From: Octopus sinensis
Lineage: Eukaryota
Assembly: GCF_006345805.1 (NCBI RefSeq)
Contig: NW_021827323.1
Coordinates: forward strand, 1-10,706
Length of the DNA stretch: 10,706 nucleotides
Reading direction: 5' to 3'
The notes under the pieces are model-generated. The model was not told the origin of the DNA, did no database searches, and was given only the letters and a program-made list of their open reading frames with translations. This document shows positions 8,485-10,706 of the stretch, piece after piece; position 1 is the stretch's first letter; each line of letters opens with the position of its first letter. Position numbers and translations under genes: made by a program.

Positions 8485-9008
8485 GACAACAAGCTTTTTT
8501 GCAAAGCAATATTACAGCTTGAACTCCGATCATACGGGGAACTTCATTATGTAACCTGCGTAAATGCATCAGCGCTTTGGGGGCGGGGTGGGGTGGAATA
8601 TAAACGAGATGTCACCACTAGACACGTGACTAGAGACACGTGACACGATATTCAATTGTTTATTCTCAAATTTATCTAATTTCACGTCAACAACGAAATT
8701 TGCTCAAATATGCAATGGCCACCGGAAGTGGAAAAAAAGTGTGAATAGTTTAAAGAGCGTGGACCGGAAGAAGACGAGAAGGTAATTAATTTTTCACGAA
8801 GACTTTCATTTTAAAAAGTGTGTCAACAACGTAAAAAATGTTAGGGAGCTCCTTCTAATCGGGGTGTCACGACACCCCGGTTGGAAAACGTTCTTCTAAA
8901 TGATTGAAAAGGTATTTCTGCTTGCAGTTAGGAAATTTTATAAAATCTTCGCCATTTTAATATCTCTCTCGGCTCCTACACATATACATGCCTGCCTGCT
9001 TACCTTCC

Positions 9009-9110
9009 TATCTACCTACCTACCTACCTACGTACCTACCTACATATATACATACATATACCTACATACATACATACAATACATACATACATACCATACA
9101 TATATATGTA

Positions 9111-9160
<50 letters not shown>

Positions 9161-9163
9161 ATA
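9009..9163. repeat. Compound (CTAC)n/(TACA)n/(TA)n microsatellite
   Basis: Direct repeat units. Confidence 0.93.
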
Positions 9164-9320
9164 GGCGCAGGAGTGGATGTGTGGTAAGTAGCTTGCTAAC
9201 CAACCACATGGTTCCGGGTTCAGTCCCACTGTGTGGCATCTTGGGCAAGTGTCTTCTGCTATAGCCCCGGGCCGACCAATGCCTTGGTAGATAGAAACTG
9301 AAAGAAGCCTGTCGTATATA
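9164..9320 (+). mobile_element. 5' half of a tRNA-derived CORE-like SINE
   Basis: Starts ggcgcaggag-TGGATGTGTGGT (A box, 9174-9185), then GGTTCAGTCC (B box, 9217-9226) and cttgggcaagtgtctt (CORE-like, 9240-9255). Ends in gaaagaagcctgtcgtatatatgtata at the internal TA tract. Confidence 0.85.
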
Positions 9321-9404
9321 TGTATATATATATATATATTTGTAAAAAATGAAGTTTGAAAATACTGCTATATTAGACAAATTTTAATTTTTATATATAC
9401 ATTA

Positions 9405-9454
9405 TTTATTTAACATGTTTCGGTTCTTGAAATGACGAACCTTATCAAAAAAAA
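9405..9454 (-). ncRNA. Candidate orphan minimal hammerhead ribozyme (U3-A8 variant)
   Basis: Minus strand reads ttt UUGAUAA ggttc-gtcatttcaa-gaacc GAAA catg U U aaa. 5-bp stem II, palindromic stem III ACAUGU, GUU triplet, weak A-U stem I. Confidence 0.5.
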
Positions 9455-9610
9455 TTATATCTAAAAAAGATAGTTCATGCTATCAAATATAAAAAAATCA
9501 TATATAATATTCTATAGAGTCAAACATAAAAAAATGCTATATATATATATATATATATATATATTTAGTAGCATAAGAAATAGAAGGACCTTGGTATTAT
9601 TTATTATATA

Positions 9611-9741
9611 TTCGAAAAAAAATGAATAGAACTGGCTTTTCTGATTATTTTTTCCACTTTAATAATTAGATGCTTAAATAAACATCTAATTATTAAAGTG
9701 GAAAAATTATCAAAAGAGACATTTCTATTCAGTTTTTCGAA
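9611..9741. repeat. ~60 bp imperfect inverted repeat (hairpin) with a perfect 24 bp core
   Basis: tttttccactttaataattagatg (9649-9672), loop cttaaataaa, catctaattattaaagtggaaaaa (9683-9706). Pairing continues imperfectly to ttcgaa at both ends. Confidence 0.9.
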
Positions 9742-9954
9742 CACACACACACACATACATACATATATATATCCATATCGGTTACTGTCCCTTTGTACTT
9801 ATATAATATACACAGGATGATATATATACATATATATACAAACATAAATACATATATATATAATACACACACACACACATATATATATACATGTATATAC
9901 ATATATATTTATCAGTTAGTACACACACATACAAAGATACATACATATACGCAC

Positions 9955-9987
9955 GTATGTATGTATGTATGTATGTATGTTTGTATG

Positions 9988-10018
<31 letters not shown>

Positions 10019-10396
10019 GTATGTATGTATGTATGCATGTATGTATGCATTTATGTATGTATGTATGCATTTATGTATGTATGTATGTATGTATGTGTGT
10101 ATGTATGTATGTATGCATTTATGTATGTATGCATTTATGTATGTATGTATGTATGTATGTATGTATGTATGTATGCATGTATGTATGTATGTATGCATGC
10201 ATGTATGTATGCATGTATGTATGTATGCATGCATGCATGTATGTATGCATGTATGTATGTATGTATGCATGCATGTATGTATGCATGTATGTATGTATGT
10301 ATGCATTTATGTAGTATGTATGTATGTATGTATGTATGTATGTATGCATATATGTATGTATGCATTTATGTATGTATCTATGTATGTATGTATGTA
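9955..10396. repeat. Long (GTAT)n microsatellite with GCAT/TTAT variant units
   Basis: Direct repeat units. It produces the MYVC and HTYI artefact ORFs. Confidence 0.97.
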
Positions 10397-10706
10397 TATA
10401 CGACACACGTAAACGTTAACCAAAAACCTATTTGTCAAAAGCACATAGGCTGGAGAACCACACAGGGTAAATCCCGAGCCGTAGAGAATTCGGTTCAAAG
10501 CCAGGCTGGTCGCAAAGTATTAGAAAATACACCAGATTAAGGGTTAGCCCGTGTATAGAAGCAAATATACTCGTATTCCCCTGAAGCATTATCTTCGTAT
10601 TCCTTTGCAACAGAGATTCTTTCTAATCAAAACCAGGTCGCTGAAATCTGTTCCTACAGATTGATCCCTTTGGCATGTCACGTGATTTGTGTTAATCAAT
10701 GAAGTG

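Noticed and set aside
10470-10520. GGTTCAAAGCC (10492-10502) as a tRNA/SINE B box
   Set aside because: No convincing A box at proper spacing, no cloverleaf or T-stem, and no recognisable SINE body.
9782-10540. MYVC/HTYI ORFs of 60-174 aa
   Set aside because: Translations of the (GTAT)n array.

Overview
AT-rich, microsatellite-dense eukaryotic non-coding DNA with no intact host gene, rRNA, tRNA or CRISPR array. The SINE families and repeat landscape resemble those I recall from Octopus/cephalopod genomes; this is inference, not a database result. In order, the window holds: (1) a tRNA-derived SINE (minus, 841-1036); (2) a 5'-truncated, frameshifted L1/Tx1-clade LINE (1398-2753) lying between two parts of a (TATC)n microsatellite; (3) a 5'-truncated Penelope-like element (RT plus GIY-YIG, minus, 3235-5349) fused to an inverted copy of its own last ~1 kb (5350-6348), giving a ~3.1 kb tail-out palindrome in which each arm carries a minimal type I hammerhead ribozyme with a U3-A8 variant core; (4) a decayed mariner (DD34D) transposase; (5) two separated halves of a CORE-like SINE; (6) a second, different, orphan hammerhead candidate (minus, ~9405-9454); (7) a 131-nt hairpin (9611-9741); and many simple repeats. 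Most long ORFs in the supplied track are microsatellite or antisense artefacts.
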